Shown: one piece after another, positions 1-9,165 of the stretch
Numbering within the stretch: the stretch's first letter is position 1
Layout: the number at the start of each line of letters is the position of its first letter
From: Candidatus Bilamarchaeaceae archaeon
GTDB taxonomy: Archaea; Micrarchaeota; Micrarchaeia; Anstonellales; Bilamarchaeaceae
Assembly: GCA_038851325.1 (NCBI GenBank)
Contig: JAWCKZ010000001.1
Location: 35,769 to 99,768, forward strand
DNA length: 64,000 nt
Direction: 5' to 3'
Notes under the pieces: model-generated
Database searches by the model: none
Told to the model about the DNA's origin: nothing
Seen by the model: only the letters and a program-made list of their open reading frames with translations
Program-made: the position numbers and the translations under genes

Positions 1-293
1 CTTGTTGATGTTTTCCAGCCGTGCGTAACATTTAACAAACTGAATACGTATGAGTGGTTCAGGGAACGGATATACAAGCTCGAGGAAACTGGGCACAACC
101 CGAAAGACAAGAAAGCCGCACGTGAGAAGGCGGAAGAGGATTGTGCAACTGATTACAAAAAAGTACCTATTGGCTTATTCTACAAGGAAGAAAGACCTAC
201 TTACGAGGACCAGCTTCCACAGGTGAAGGACATGCCGCTTGTGGAGAAGAAGCTGGATGTCGATCTAACAAAAGAGCTGGAAAGACTTTCGTA
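1..293 (+). CDS. 3' fragment of a CDS, possibly the C-terminus of a 2-oxoacid:ferredoxin oxidoreductase beta subunit
   Basis: Frame-1 translation runs from the window edge to TAA at 291-293 (…VFQPCVTFNKLNTYEWFRERIYKLEETGHNPKD…VPIGLFYKEE…). I recall similar QPCxTFNK.NTYEWF and IPIGxFY motifs in KorB/OFOR beta C-termini, but this is from memory. Confidence 0.45.
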
Positions 294-333
294 ATAAACC
301 CAGAGAAAATGAAAGAATGAAAAAAGAAGAAAT

Positions 334-795
334 TTACTTCTTCATCGCGCCCGCGATAAGGTGGCCGACCACTGCGATTGCCGCACCGATCACCATCCCC
401 ACAACGATGCCGATTATTGACGCGACAACCCCCAATCCTGCGCTAATGGCGCCTCCTGTAAGGTCACCGCCTGTTGCCACGTTCACCCCAATGCCAAGCA
501 TGGTTGCAGCAAGCGAGATTATCATGCCGATAATTCCAGAGACAAGAGCGGTAAGCGCGCCCATTACTGCGCTGTCGATTATCTCAAGGCCTCCCTTCGC
601 AATGAGGTAGCCGATATAGGCATACAAAATGATGTCAGCGATAAGCAGTGGAACTCCGAGAATGCACATAAGCATATTCAAAATTGGAACCACGCTTATC
701 AACGACGCCAACAGTCCAAGCCCAATAATAACCAAGACGGGCAGTTTTGCCAATCCGAACGCTTTTCCTATATTCATGATATCACAGAGTAACAT
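334..795 (-). CDS. small Gly/Ala/Ile-rich integral membrane protein (153 aa)
   Basis: ORF track. Several hydrophobic segments with GxxxG-like runs. The opposite-strand ORF 317..610 is Pro/Thr/Ala-rich, as expected for the antisense of Gly/Ala codons. Confidence 0.5.
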   Translation of the reverse strand: MLLCDIMNIGKAFGLAKLPVLVIIGLGLLASLISVVPILNMLMCILGVPLLIADIILYAYIGYLIAKGGLEIIDSAVMGALTALVSGIIGMIISLAATMLGIGVNVATGGDLTGGAISAGLGVVASIIGIVVGMVIGAAIAVVGHLIAGAMKK

Positions 796-915
796 CTGCG
801 AAGGTATTTAAAAATCATTCGTCTCCAGAAAAAAAGTCGTTGTTTGTCGTAATCATTCGGCAAAATCGCTATGTTTTTAAGCACATCCAAGCAATTTCAA
901 GCTCGGGTAATTTTC

Positions 916-2076
916 ATGAGAAGAGTCGCAATAATAGGAGCAGGAATGACAAAATTTGGGGAACACTGGGAAAAAGGCTTTCGCGATCTGGTCGTAGAGG
1001 CAGGAATAAAGGCACTCACAGATGCGGGAATAGTTGGAGAAAAGGTGGACGCTGGATATGTAGGAACTATGGCTTCTGGAACGCTGATAGGGCAAGAGCA
1101 TATCGGTGCTCTGCTTGCGGACTACATGGGTCTTAACCCGATACCAATAACTCGTGTCGAAGGTGCATGCGCTTCTGGTGCTCTTGCACTTCGTCAGGGA
1201 TTTCTCGCAGTCGCATCCGGAATGCATGATATAGTAGTCGTGGGCGGCGTAGAAAAAATGACTGACCTAGGAACCGCTGAGGTAAGCGACGCACTCGGTG
1301 GCGCAGGGGACCAAGAGTGGGAGCTTTTCATGGGGGCTACATTTCCAGGTTTATACGCGCTTATGGCAAGAAGACATATGATAGAGTATGGAACAACATC
1401 TGATATGCTGGCTTCTGTGGCGGTAAAAAATCACAAACATGGAGCGAAAAATCCATACGCTCAATATCAAGACGAAATAACGATAGAAACTGTGCTCAAC
1501 TCAAAGATTGTAGCCGATCCGCTTCACGTATTTGATTGCTCTCCAATAACAGATGGAGCAGCAGGGGTTGTTCTTGCTCCGCTGGAAATAGCTGAAAGTT
1601 ACACGAAAAAACCAATTGAAATAATAGGAAGCGCGCACGCAAGCGACACAATAGCGCTCAACAATAGAAAAAGCATAACTGAAATAGCAGCAACGAGGAT
1701 AGCGGCTGAAAAAGCGTACAGAATGGCCAGAATAAAACCAACTGATGTGGACGTCGCGGAGGTCCACGACTGCTTTACAATAGCCGAGATAATGGCAATC
1801 GAAGACCTTGGCTTTTTCAAAAAAGGCGAAGGCGGAAGAGCGTCGCTTGAAGGAAGGACCACTTTCGGCGGCGATGTTGTTATAAACACAAGCGGCGGAC
1901 TAAAGGCAGCTGGCCACCCTGTCGGCGCTACCGGTGTGAAACAAGCTGTTGAGATATCATGGCAGCTTCGCGGTGAGGCAGAGGGAAGGCAAGTGAGCGG
2001 CGCTGAGATAGGCCTCAGCCAGAATGTTGGCGGCTCTGGTGCAACCGCTGTTGTGCATATATATAAAAGAGTATGA
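916..2076 (+). CDS. acetyl-CoA C-acetyltransferase (thiolase family)
   Basis: ORF 871..2076. The likely start is the internal Met ([15 protein letters not shown]). Thiolase-like active-site regions are present (…[12 protein letters not shown]…, C-terminal …[17 protein letters not shown]…). Confidence 0.85.
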   Translation: MRRVAIIGAGMTKFGEHWEKGFRDLVVEAGIKALTDAGIVGEKVDAGYVGTMASGTLIGQEHIGALLADYMGLNPIPITRVEGACASGALALRQGFLAVASGMHDIVVVGGVEKMTDLGTAEVSDALGGAGDQEWELFMGATFPGLYALMARRHMIEYGTTSDMLASVAVKNHKHGAKNPYAQYQDEITIETVLNSKIVADPLHVFDCSPITDGAAGVVLAPLEIAESYTKKPIEIIGSAHASDTIALNNRKSITEIAATRIAAEKAYRMARIKPTDVDVAEVHDCFTIAEIMAIEDLGFFKKGEGGRASLEGRTTFGGDVVINTSGGLKAAGHPVGATGVKQAVEISWQLRGEAEGRQVSGAEIGLSQNVGGSGATAVVHIYKRV

Positions 2077-2115
2077 TATACAAAGCGAACGAGAATGAAT
2101 AAAGGAGTTGATTGA

Positions 2116-3978
2116 ATGAGAATTCTCACCGTTCACGCAGATTTTATAGAGGTAGAGGCACTTAAAAAAGCAATCTCTGATGCAGAAGAAATAAAAGAGA
2201 AGGGAAAGAAGCGCTATGAGGAAGTGTTGGTTGTTTTTACAGCAGTCGAGGCTGGCGATGAGGATATCAACGGAAGCGCGCTTGCGCTCGCAGATGAAGC
2301 TGCCGCAGTTGCAGACCAGGTAAAAACAAATAGAATACTCCTATATCCATTAGTTCATCTTACATCAAAGCCTTCTGCGCCCAGAGTAGCAAAAGCGGTT
2401 GTTGCGAAGGCAGAGGAAGAACTTAAAAAACGAGGATATGACGCAAGTCATTCACCATTTGGATGGTATAAAGGTTATACTCTAAAATGCAAAGGCCATC
2501 CACTTAGCGAACTTTCGCGTGAATTTGGCGCAAGACGCGCTGTTGAAAAGAAGGAAGAGGTTTCAGAGAGTCTGAAAAAAGAGGCTGTCCTAAAAAGTAG
2601 ATTCTACATCATGGATCTAGATGGAAAGCTGCATGAAATAGAGAAGTTTGATTTCACGAAATATGAAAACCTAAGAAAATTCGCAGCATACGAGACAAAA
2701 AAGGTGCGCGCCTATGAGCATGAGCCGCCGCACATAAAGATAATGAAAGAGCATAGTCTAATCGACTTTGAACCTGGAAGCGATCCAGGTAATTTTAGAT
2801 ACCTCCCAAAAGGAAAGCTCATAAAAAAACTCCTTGAAAAAAGAATAACAGATATCTGTGTTAATGAATGTGGTGCTCTTGAAGTCGAGACACCTATAAT
2901 GTACGATTTCGAGCACCCAGCACTCAAAAAATATCTTAACAGATTTCCTGCAAGACAATACATCGTATTAAGCGAAGAAAAAAAACTCTTTCTGCGATTT
3001 GCTGCATGCTTCGGTCAGTTTCTCATAGCTCATGATATGGTTATCTCTTACAAGCAACTTCCGCTCAAGATGTATGAACTTACGCGCTATTCATTTAGAC
3101 GAGAACAAAGTGGAGAATTGGCTGGCCTGAAGCGCTTGCGTGCCTTTACCATGCCGGATATGCATACACTCGCTGCTGATATGGACCAGGCAAAGGAAGA
3201 GTTTGAAAAGCAGTTTGAAGTAGGGCTGGAATGGATAAAAGGACTCGGACTCGACGCTGAGGTCGGCTTTAGGATACAGGAGGATTTTTTTAACGAAAAC
3301 AAAGAGTGGTATATAAGAATGGTTAGGAAATTTGGAAGGCCTATATTAGTCGAGATGTTCAAAGAACGGTATGCCTATTTCATAACTAAATTTGAGTTTA
3401 ACTTCGTAGACTCGATGGCAAAGGCGAGCGCTCTTACCACCGTCCAGATTGATGTGGAAAACGCAGAGACTTATGATATAAATTACGTTGACAAAGACGG
3501 GCAGAAGAAAAAACCGCTTATTCTTCACGCCTCTTTAAGCGGTAGCATCGAGCGCGTTATATACGCTCTACTTGAAAATGAAGCGATGAAGATGGCCAGC
3601 GGTAAGAAGGCAATGCTTCCCGTATGGCTCTCTCCGACGCAGATTAGGATTATACCAGTAAGCGAAGGCCAACTCGAGTACTCAAAGAAAATCATGCAAA
3701 AGATGGACGCCCACTGCGTGCGTGTTGATATAGACGATAGAAACGACACCTTGGGAAAGAAAATAAGAGAAGCACAGAAGGATTGGATTCCTTACATCGC
3801 TGTCATAGGCGAAAAGGAAACAAAAACCGGAAAACTTTCTGTAACGGTAAGAGCCGACGATAAAAAAATTGAAGTTACACCTGAAGAGCTCATAAAGATT
3901 ATAGAGAGGGAGACTGCTGGAAAGCCATTTGAGAAACTCTCACTACCAAAAAAGCTTAGTGCGAGACCGATCATCTAA
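2116..3978 (+). CDS. thrS: threonyl-tRNA synthetase, archaeal type with N-terminal editing domain
   Basis: 620 aa. The N-terminal ~140 aa resembles the archaeal ThrRS editing domain. A class II core and C-terminal anticodon-binding domain follow (…HASLSGSIERVIYALLE…). Confidence 0.9.
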   Translation: MRILTVHADFIEVEALKKAISDAEEIKEKGKKRYEEVLVVFTAVEAGDEDINGSALALADEAAAVADQVKTNRILLYPLVHLTSKPSAPRVAKAVVAKAEEELKKRGYDASHSPFGWYKGYTLKCKGHPLSELSREFGARRAVEKKEEVSESLKKEAVLKSRFYIMDLDGKLHEIEKFDFTKYENLRKFAAYETKKVRAYEHEPPHIKIMKEHSLIDFEPGSDPGNFRYLPKGKLIKKLLEKRITDICVNECGALEVETPIMYDFEHPALKKYLNRFPARQYIVLSEEKKLFLRFAACFGQFLIAHDMVISYKQLPLKMYELTRYSFRREQSGELAGLKRLRAFTMPDMHTLAADMDQAKEEFEKQFEVGLEWIKGLGLDAEVGFRIQEDFFNENKEWYIRMVRKFGRPILVEMFKERYAYFITKFEFNFVDSMAKASALTTVQIDVENAETYDINYVDKDGQKKKPLILHASLSGSIERVIYALLENEAMKMASGKKAMLPVWLSPTQIRIIPVSEGQLEYSKKIMQKMDAHCVRVDIDDRNDTLGKKIREAQKDWIPYIAVIGEKETKTGKLSVTVRADDKKIEVTPEELIKIIERETAGKPFEKLSLPKKLSARPII

Positions 3979-4011
3979 AACTATTTAAAATTAAGCAAAG
4001 TATGATAGCGC

Positions 4012-5805
4012 ATGCCTGATTTTAGAACCGTGGTGCCTTTACAATTTAGAAACTTTGATGCGCAAAAAACGAAACAGGTAAGCAGACCACATTTCGATGG
4101 TGGTGCGCCTCTGATGGAATTTACTATTAGGCTCAGAAATAGATTTGGGGAGGAGAGAAAACTTTCTGGGCTTGTGCCAGAAGGCGCACGAAGAAATCAA
4201 GCAATAGAAATGGTTATAAGACAGCATGGAGGCGACTGCATAGTCAAACGGGGCGGGTTTGATCCTATAAACCAGATAGACCTTTCAGAATTCACATGGA
4301 TAACACATATCACCCTCAGCGACGGTTTCACAATGTCTGATTGGATCCAGATAAGAAATAGAAATGGCGAATTTGAAATAGGAAAAAGCAACGGAAGGTC
4401 GTGGTGGGAGAACGGAGACACAAAAAGGGCGAATAGAAAAGAAAATGAAATCATGCTGACTGAAGATTTTGGCATACGCAATGAGTTGCCTACAACAAGA
4501 GATGTAATATACGGTAGGACGGCGTTACAGGGTTGCGGCGGGGTAGCAACCAAGGATGAGATAGAAGCTGCAAAATTAGCTGCAAAGTTTGATATCGCAA
4601 GAGAGAACTACGCAGTGAATTTAGATCTAGGAGAGATAAAATTAATAGAAAATAATAGGAGTGAAAAAATTGAAAGCGAGTACGCCGTGCGGTATGGAAC
4701 GCACACAATAGAACGTGAAGAGATTGCACCGCTGACTCTTTTTACCGTGTTCCATCCAAATGAAATGAAAGCGGTAGATTTGTTTTATTACGCAAATCAA
4801 CTCTACCAAGAGAATCTTGCGAACGCAATCCCAATCGCTATTAAGAAGAAGATGGAAGACGAAGAAGAAATAATAACATTCGCGAATAGAGAACAAAACA
4901 AATCTTTTCATCCATCCCAGCAAGTAATTGGGCCGAGCGAACAGGTGGTCAGAAACGCCAACAAAAAAACCAGACAAAAAGAAACCTCTGAAAAACAAAA
5001 AGAGACCATACTAATAGAGACCATACTAATGCGGCTACTCTTTAATCCAGTTGAGAGAAGGCTTTACGGCAAACTTTACGGTCTTCCATCTGAAGAGAAC
5101 GAGGGAGAGCAAAATAAAGAAAAAACAAGAACGCCGCAGATGCCACCAAAAACACTAAAACCAGATTTGAAAGTTTCGTTAAAAGAAAGACAAACAGTAA
5201 GGATAAGGTTGAAGCAAAAGGATTACGAAAAGAAAATAACGTGTGACGAAAGAGTAGCCGTGAACGAGATCCCACAAGGGACAAACAAACTATTTCATAA
5301 GGTCGTTTACGACAAACCTTTCGTAACAGATGCTACAAGGAAAAGAAATAGAAGTGAGAGAGACGTGATTGGAATTGTACGCAAAGGAGATGTATGCCGA
5401 CAAGGCAAATCCTGGACTCACGAAAGCAATTCACGGGAAAAAACTGGTGAAAAGGTAAAAAAACAAAAAAGCGAGAAAAAGATGGGTATACATAAGGAAG
5501 TGTTCGCTCTAAAAATGCGGGGAAGCAGAAAAAAGTATGGAGAAAAAAGAAGAGAAAAGGACAAAACAAAGAAAACAGACTCTTTAATTGGTTTATTACC
5601 AATCAAAAAGCCTCAGTCACTGAAGAACCAGGGAAGGAAATTAAAAATAAACGCAGCGAGCGTCAAGTACATAAAGGCCTTCACAACTCTTTTATCAGAT
5701 ACGTTCAATTCTAATATTCTGTATCCGTCAAAGAATGGGAGGGGAAGAAGATTCACTGTGGCAACAACAAAATTGATTGAAAATGTTAGACCAAGAAAAG
5801 AATAA
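4012..5805 (+). CDS. hypothetical protein, 597 aa, very K/R/E-rich C-terminal half
   Basis: Uninterrupted 597-codon ORF in an AT-rich genome. The N-terminal ~250 aa look globular (…HGGDCIVKRGGFDPINQ…). The C-terminal half is low-complexity and basic. The 3' 193 nt overlap the convergent M50 protease gene. Confidence 0.5.
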   Translation: MPDFRTVVPLQFRNFDAQKTKQVSRPHFDGGAPLMEFTIRLRNRFGEERKLSGLVPEGARRNQAIEMVIRQHGGDCIVKRGGFDPINQIDLSEFTWITHITLSDGFTMSDWIQIRNRNGEFEIGKSNGRSWWENGDTKRANRKENEIMLTEDFGIRNELPTTRDVIYGRTALQGCGGVATKDEIEAAKLAAKFDIARENYAVNLDLGEIKLIENNRSEKIESEYAVRYGTHTIEREEIAPLTLFTVFHPNEMKAVDLFYYANQLYQENLANAIPIAIKKKMEDEEEIITFANREQNKSFHPSQQVIGPSEQVVRNANKKTRQKETSEKQKETILIETILMRLLFNPVERRLYGKLYGLPSEENEGEQNKEKTRTPQMPPKTLKPDLKVSLKERQTVRIRLKQKDYEKKITCDERVAVNEIPQGTNKLFHKVVYDKPFVTDATRKRNRSERDVIGIVRKGDVCRQGKSWTHESNSREKTGEKVKKQKSEKKMGIHKEVFALKMRGSRKKYGEKRREKDKTKKTDSLIGLLPIKKPQSLKNQGRKLKINAASVKYIKAFTTLLSDTFNSNILYPSKNGRGRRFTVATTKLIENVRPRKE

Positions 5806-6782
5806 ATCGCATTAAGCGCACTGTAGAACAAACTATCTGAAGAAAGTCCGCGCAATAAAAGTGCAGCAGCTATGAACAAAACAAAGAAGATTATTGCGGT
5901 TATAAAATTCGCAGTCGAACCCGCGACATAAACACGTGTCTGCTCTTTTTGAGTAATTTCGGAAAGCACTTTCTCATCAGGTTCAACAAAGGCACCGACT
6001 GGTATTATACCTAACAAAACAATGCCTGAAGAATTTATCGGCACGTTTGCCATCCTCGCCAAGACTGCGTGTGCACCCTCATGCACGACCAAGATAACAA
6101 CGAGCGCGAGTAAACCTTCAAGAAAAGGGAGATTCACGCCGGGAAGTAACAGAGTACCACCAGGCTGAGCCGCTGCCATTCCTTGATTGCCGAAAAAAAT
6201 TAATTGAAAGAAAAGGATCGCGATATGCGCTCCATAATACACGACACCCAAAAGCAAAACAAGAGAAAAACCGCCGAGGAGAAGAGCAAGAAGGAGCACC
6301 AAAGCAGACGTACGCTCATCCCCAAAATAGAGCGTCACTTTTTTTTCAAAACCAGAACCGGTCATTACAGAAGATAGATAATGAAGGGCAAATGGCGCAA
6401 CGAAAAAGGACAAGAGCAAAAGCAGACAAAGCCCGACCGCAAAGGACGCTGCGTTTGTGTTTTTCCTCATCAAGAACGCTCCGATAACTCCATAAGAGAT
6501 CGTTGTGCCAACATCAGAAAAGAAGCTCCATATCTTTTTGTGTTTTGCAAGTTCGTTTATGACAGCTATCCCGCGCTTACTTTTTAAAAGTACAAAACCA
6601 AGTTCTGTGTCAAGGTCGTATCTTTTTGAGATGATAAAACTTACGGCAAACATCTCCACGCAGGTCAAAATGAATTTTGCCAAGCCAGAAAGGCTACTCG
6701 TCAATATAGTATAAAAAATTGCCAACGCAACCAAAAAAATAAGAACCGCATGAAGCATGAAGTAAATTTTACCAGAAAACAA
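5613..6782 (-). CDS. site-2 protease family (M50) membrane metalloprotease
   Basis: Multi-TM protein with HExxH (VVHEGAHAV) and a downstream …LNLLPLPFFDGYRIL… motif typical of S2P/M50. Confidence 0.8.
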   Translation of the reverse strand: MFSGKIYFMLHAVLIFLVALAIFYTILTSSLSGLAKFILTCVEMFAVSFIISKRYDLDTELGFVLLKSKRGIAVINELAKHKKIWSFFSDVGTTISYGVIGAFLMRKNTNAASFAVGLCLLLLLSFFVAPFALHYLSSVMTGSGFEKKVTLYFGDERTSALVLLLALLLGGFSLVLLLGVVYYGAHIAILFFQLIFFGNQGMAAAQPGGTLLLPGVNLPFLEGLLALVVILVVHEGAHAVLARMANVPINSSGIVLLGIIPVGAFVEPDEKVLSEITQKEQTRVYVAGSTANFITAIIFFVLFIAAALLLRGLSSDSLFYSALNAIYSFLGLTFSINFVVATVNLLPLPFFDGYRILELNVSDKRVVKAFMYLTLAAFIFNFLPWFFSD

Positions 6783-6859
6783 TAAAAAATTACCGATAAT
6801 CTTAAAAGATTATATTATTCAAATTGCTAACAAAAAGTAAAAAAGAGGTGAGAACCCAA

Positions 6860-7216
6860 ATGGGAGGACTGCATATAATATCTGAGTTTTTTTCCTGCGA
6901 GAACAACGACGGATTAAAAAATAAGGAGGAATTACGTCGGGTGTGCAAAAAAATAGTAGACGAATGCGGCCTAAATGTTGTGGGCTCTTTTTTTCACAAA
7001 TTTGGAGATGAGGGAGGAGTGACTGGTGTTATTGTTTTAGCGGAATCCCACGTTTCCATTCATACCTGGCCAGAGAGAGGGGGCTTCGTTAACATGGATG
7101 TATTCGTTTGTAATGTAACGCAGGATAACAGCGAAAAGGCCAGAGAGGTACACAGAAGGATTAAAGATTATTTTAAACCGAAAAAAGAAGAAACGCAGGA
7201 AATAATGAGAAAATGA
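6860..7216 (+). CDS. speH: S-adenosylmethionine decarboxylase proenzyme (pyruvoyl-dependent, class 1)
   Basis: ORF 6824..7216, internal Met start MGGLHII. It carries the hallmark …LAESHVSIHTWPE… self-cleavage/active-site motif and …VNMDVFVC…. Confidence 0.8.
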   Translation: MGGLHIISEFFSCENNDGLKNKEELRRVCKKIVDECGLNVVGSFFHKFGDEGGVTGVIVLAESHVSIHTWPERGGFVNMDVFVCNVTQDNSEKAREVHRRIKDYFKPKKEETQEIMRK

Positions 7217-7476
7217 AAAACGAAAGAGAGAGAGTCCAAACAGATATTAAAAAATTGATAGAGATAATTAAAAAATTTGAAGAGTTAGGTTACTCAAAAA
7301 AGCATGCGCACGCGTATTCGTGGGCTAAAAATTATCTAGAAGACGCCGCTCATTTTTTTGAGAAGGGCGATTATTTTACTGCCTTTGGATGCGCGAATTA
7401 TGCCTATGGAATAATAGATGGAATATTAATAACAGAAGAATCGGTACAGGAAAGAAAAGAGAAGAATAGAGGGTAA
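7213..7476 (+). CDS. small conserved hypothetical protein (87 aa)
   Basis: ORF track. 4-nt overlap with the speH stop suggests translational coupling. Confidence 0.5.
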   Translation: MKNERERVQTDIKKLIEIIKKFEELGYSKKHAHAYSWAKNYLEDAAHFFEKGDYFTAFGCANYAYGIIDGILITEESVQERKEKNRG

Positions 7477-7481
7477 TGGTT

Positions 7482-7593
7482 ATGGGAGCGAAACCGCGAA
7501 AATGGAAATCTGCTCGAACAAGTTCGAGTCCTTCCATTTTCAGATATTGAAACCGGAGGGAGCGATTATGGGAGCGAAACCGCGAAAATGGAA
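7482..7593 (+). repeat. 28-nt direct duplication (ttatgggagcgaaaccgcgaaaatggaa at 7482-7509 and 7566-7593) spanning the start of the eL41-like mini-gene
   Basis: Exact 28/28 match read from the sequence. The first copy opens a frame that terminates after about 20 codons. The second opens the eL41-like ORF. Confidence 0.8.
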
Positions 7594-7681
7594 GAAGAAA
7601 AACAGGATGCGTTGGAAATGGGTCAAGAAAAAGAGAAAGAGATTAAAAAGAAAACTTAAGAGACGAGTTGGAGAGCTTTAG
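7568..7681 (+). CDS. ribosomal protein eL41-like mini-protein (37 aa, extremely basic)
   Basis: Translation is MGAKPRKWKKKNRMRWKWVKKKRKRLKRKLKRRVGEL. The KWKKK.RMR..K.KR.RLKRK pattern is recalled from eL41. Not in the ORF track because it is under 60 aa. Confidence 0.5.
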   Translation: MGAKPRKWKKKNRMRWKWVKKKRKRLKRKLKRRVGEL

Positions 7682-8244
7682 CTCTTCTTGGTTTTATCTA
7701 TTAAGTCAAACACTCTGTGACCCTTGAAAACTTTCACATAGTTTTTAATAAATGCAAGAAATATTGTAGGCCGTTCGACTATGACTACCTCTTTTTTTCT
7801 TTTTGTTTTAAATCCAAGGCGCCACATAAGTAATTCGTCCTCCCTAGTCAGACGAGATAGGACAACAACTCCGTCTTCGCTTATATTTCCAACAGCATCA
7901 AAAAGTCCTGCGAGATAGTTCGCCGCATACTCGTTTAAGTATTTAAAGCGTTCAAGTTGCTCTTCTTCAACCTCATTGAAAAACTTTCGATAGGCAGTGT
8001 GATAGAAGTAAACCTGTTTCTGGTCTGTAAGAAGCCTCTCTGGAGTGGTAAGGCCTTGGGAGAGGACCTCTTTTGAGAAAACTTCGATGATTTTTTCGTT
8101 GCCGCGCACGCCGAGACCCTCAAAAGAGCGTTTTTTCCGCCAAAGGCCTATCACATACGCCAGCTCCGGCGTAAGCTTTATTTTCATAAGCCACACCCTG
8201 AAGCTTGCCAACTTAAACTCTTGCTCTTTTTTCCTCCCTTCCAC
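7678..8244 (-). CDS. LAGLIDADG-like protein (188 aa), free-standing, second motif degenerate
   Basis: Two LAGLIDADG-like motifs about 80 aa apart (…ELAYVIGLWRKKRS… and …YLAGLFDAVGNIS…). The second has V where the terminal catalytic acidic residue normally sits. No flanking intron or intein host gene. Confidence 0.45.
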   Translation of the reverse strand: MEGRKKEQEFKLASFRVWLMKIKLTPELAYVIGLWRKKRSFEGLGVRGNEKIIEVFSKEVLSQGLTTPERLLTDQKQVYFYHTAYRKFFNEVEEEQLERFKYLNEYAANYLAGLFDAVGNISEDGVVVLSRLTREDELLMWRLGFKTKRKKEVVIVERPTIFLAFIKNYVKVFKGHRVFDLIDKTKKS

Positions 8245-8695
8245 TCTCTTTCTGCAGTTCTTTCTCCCTTTCCAAAGAAACTAATTTTTTTGATGGAACA
8301 AATTCTGGCTTTTTTCCTGAAATAAATGCTTGTATCTCGTTTGCCAGTAGGTCATCAACATGCCTAGAGACCCATCGCGAGGCTTTTATCGAAATCCCCG
8401 CATCTGTAAATATCCTCTTTAATTCCTCAGCTTCCTCCTTCGTGAAAGGTTTTTTTTCGTTTGCTATTCTACCTGCTGCTTTTTCAAAAAGTGCGCTCAC
8501 TCGTTTTATGTCATTTTGCGTCGCGCCCCTCTTTAATGCAGATACAAGCCCAACAGCAAGTATCGCGTAGCGCTTGCGATCATTTGCAAGCAAGCGAGCG
8601 AGCTTCTTTAAATCGCTTTGGCTAAGCCCGCCTTTTTTAGCAGCATCAAGAACTTTTTTTGCAAACATCAAAAAACTCTCAACCATAATAACCAA
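8213..8695 (-). CDS. hypothetical protein (160 aa)
   Basis: ORF track. Overlaps the downstream LAGLIDADG-like gene by 32 nt. Confidence 0.5.
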   Translation of the reverse strand: MVIMVESFLMFAKKVLDAAKKGGLSQSDLKKLARLLANDRKRYAILAVGLVSALKRGATQNDIKRVSALFEKAAGRIANEKKPFTKEEAEELKRIFTDAGISIKASRWVSRHVDDLLANEIQAFISGKKPEFVPSKKLVSLEREKELQKESGREEKRARV

Positions 8696-8773
8696 TTTGA
8701 GATTAAACGCTCCCTTTTATAATTGTTTCATTTCTAATATACCGTAAAAAAAAGCGCTAAAGGAGGGAAGAAA

Positions 8774-9160
8774 ATGATTGTAGGAGAGAGAATACGAGAA
8801 ATTTCCGGCAGCAAAAGTAAACGCGAACCGATAAAGGGCTTGAGCATAAACATAGGTGTTGATGATGTCAGAGTAAGCAGCAAGGAAGTTGAAATAGACT
8901 ACACATACACTGCCAACTACGATGAAGGAATCGGAAAACTTCAGATAAAAGGTACACTACTCGCCAATGAGGACGAGGCTCTCTCAAAGAAGATAGAAAC
9001 AGAATGGAAAAAGAACAAGCGGCTGCCTGAAGAATATATGACAACCATCCTAAGTGCAATAAACTACAGCGGAAGCGCGAATGGAACGCTGCTTGCAAGA
9101 GTTCTTGGATTAACAGCACCGCTAATTCCACCAAGAATACAACTTGCAAAGAAGGCATAA
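8774..9160 (+). CDS. hypothetical protein (128 aa); paralog of 20672..21070
   Basis: Shared architecture and a similar C-terminal block (…ILSAINYSGSANGTLLARVLGLTAPLIPP… versus …ILNAINPFVSYNALFILRIFNLPPHIAPP…). Confidence 0.5.
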   Translation: MIVGERIREISGSKSKREPIKGLSINIGVDDVRVSSKEVEIDYTYTANYDEGIGKLQIKGTLLANEDEALSKKIETEWKKNKRLPEEYMTTILSAINYSGSANGTLLARVLGLTAPLIPPRIQLAKKA

Positions 9161-9165
9161 CAACA

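Noticed and set aside
317-610. Plus-strand 97-aa ORF 317..610.
   Set aside because: Pro/Thr/Ala-rich and low-complexity, typical of the antisense of the Gly/Ala-rich membrane protein on the minus strand (334..795). The minus-strand gene is preferred.
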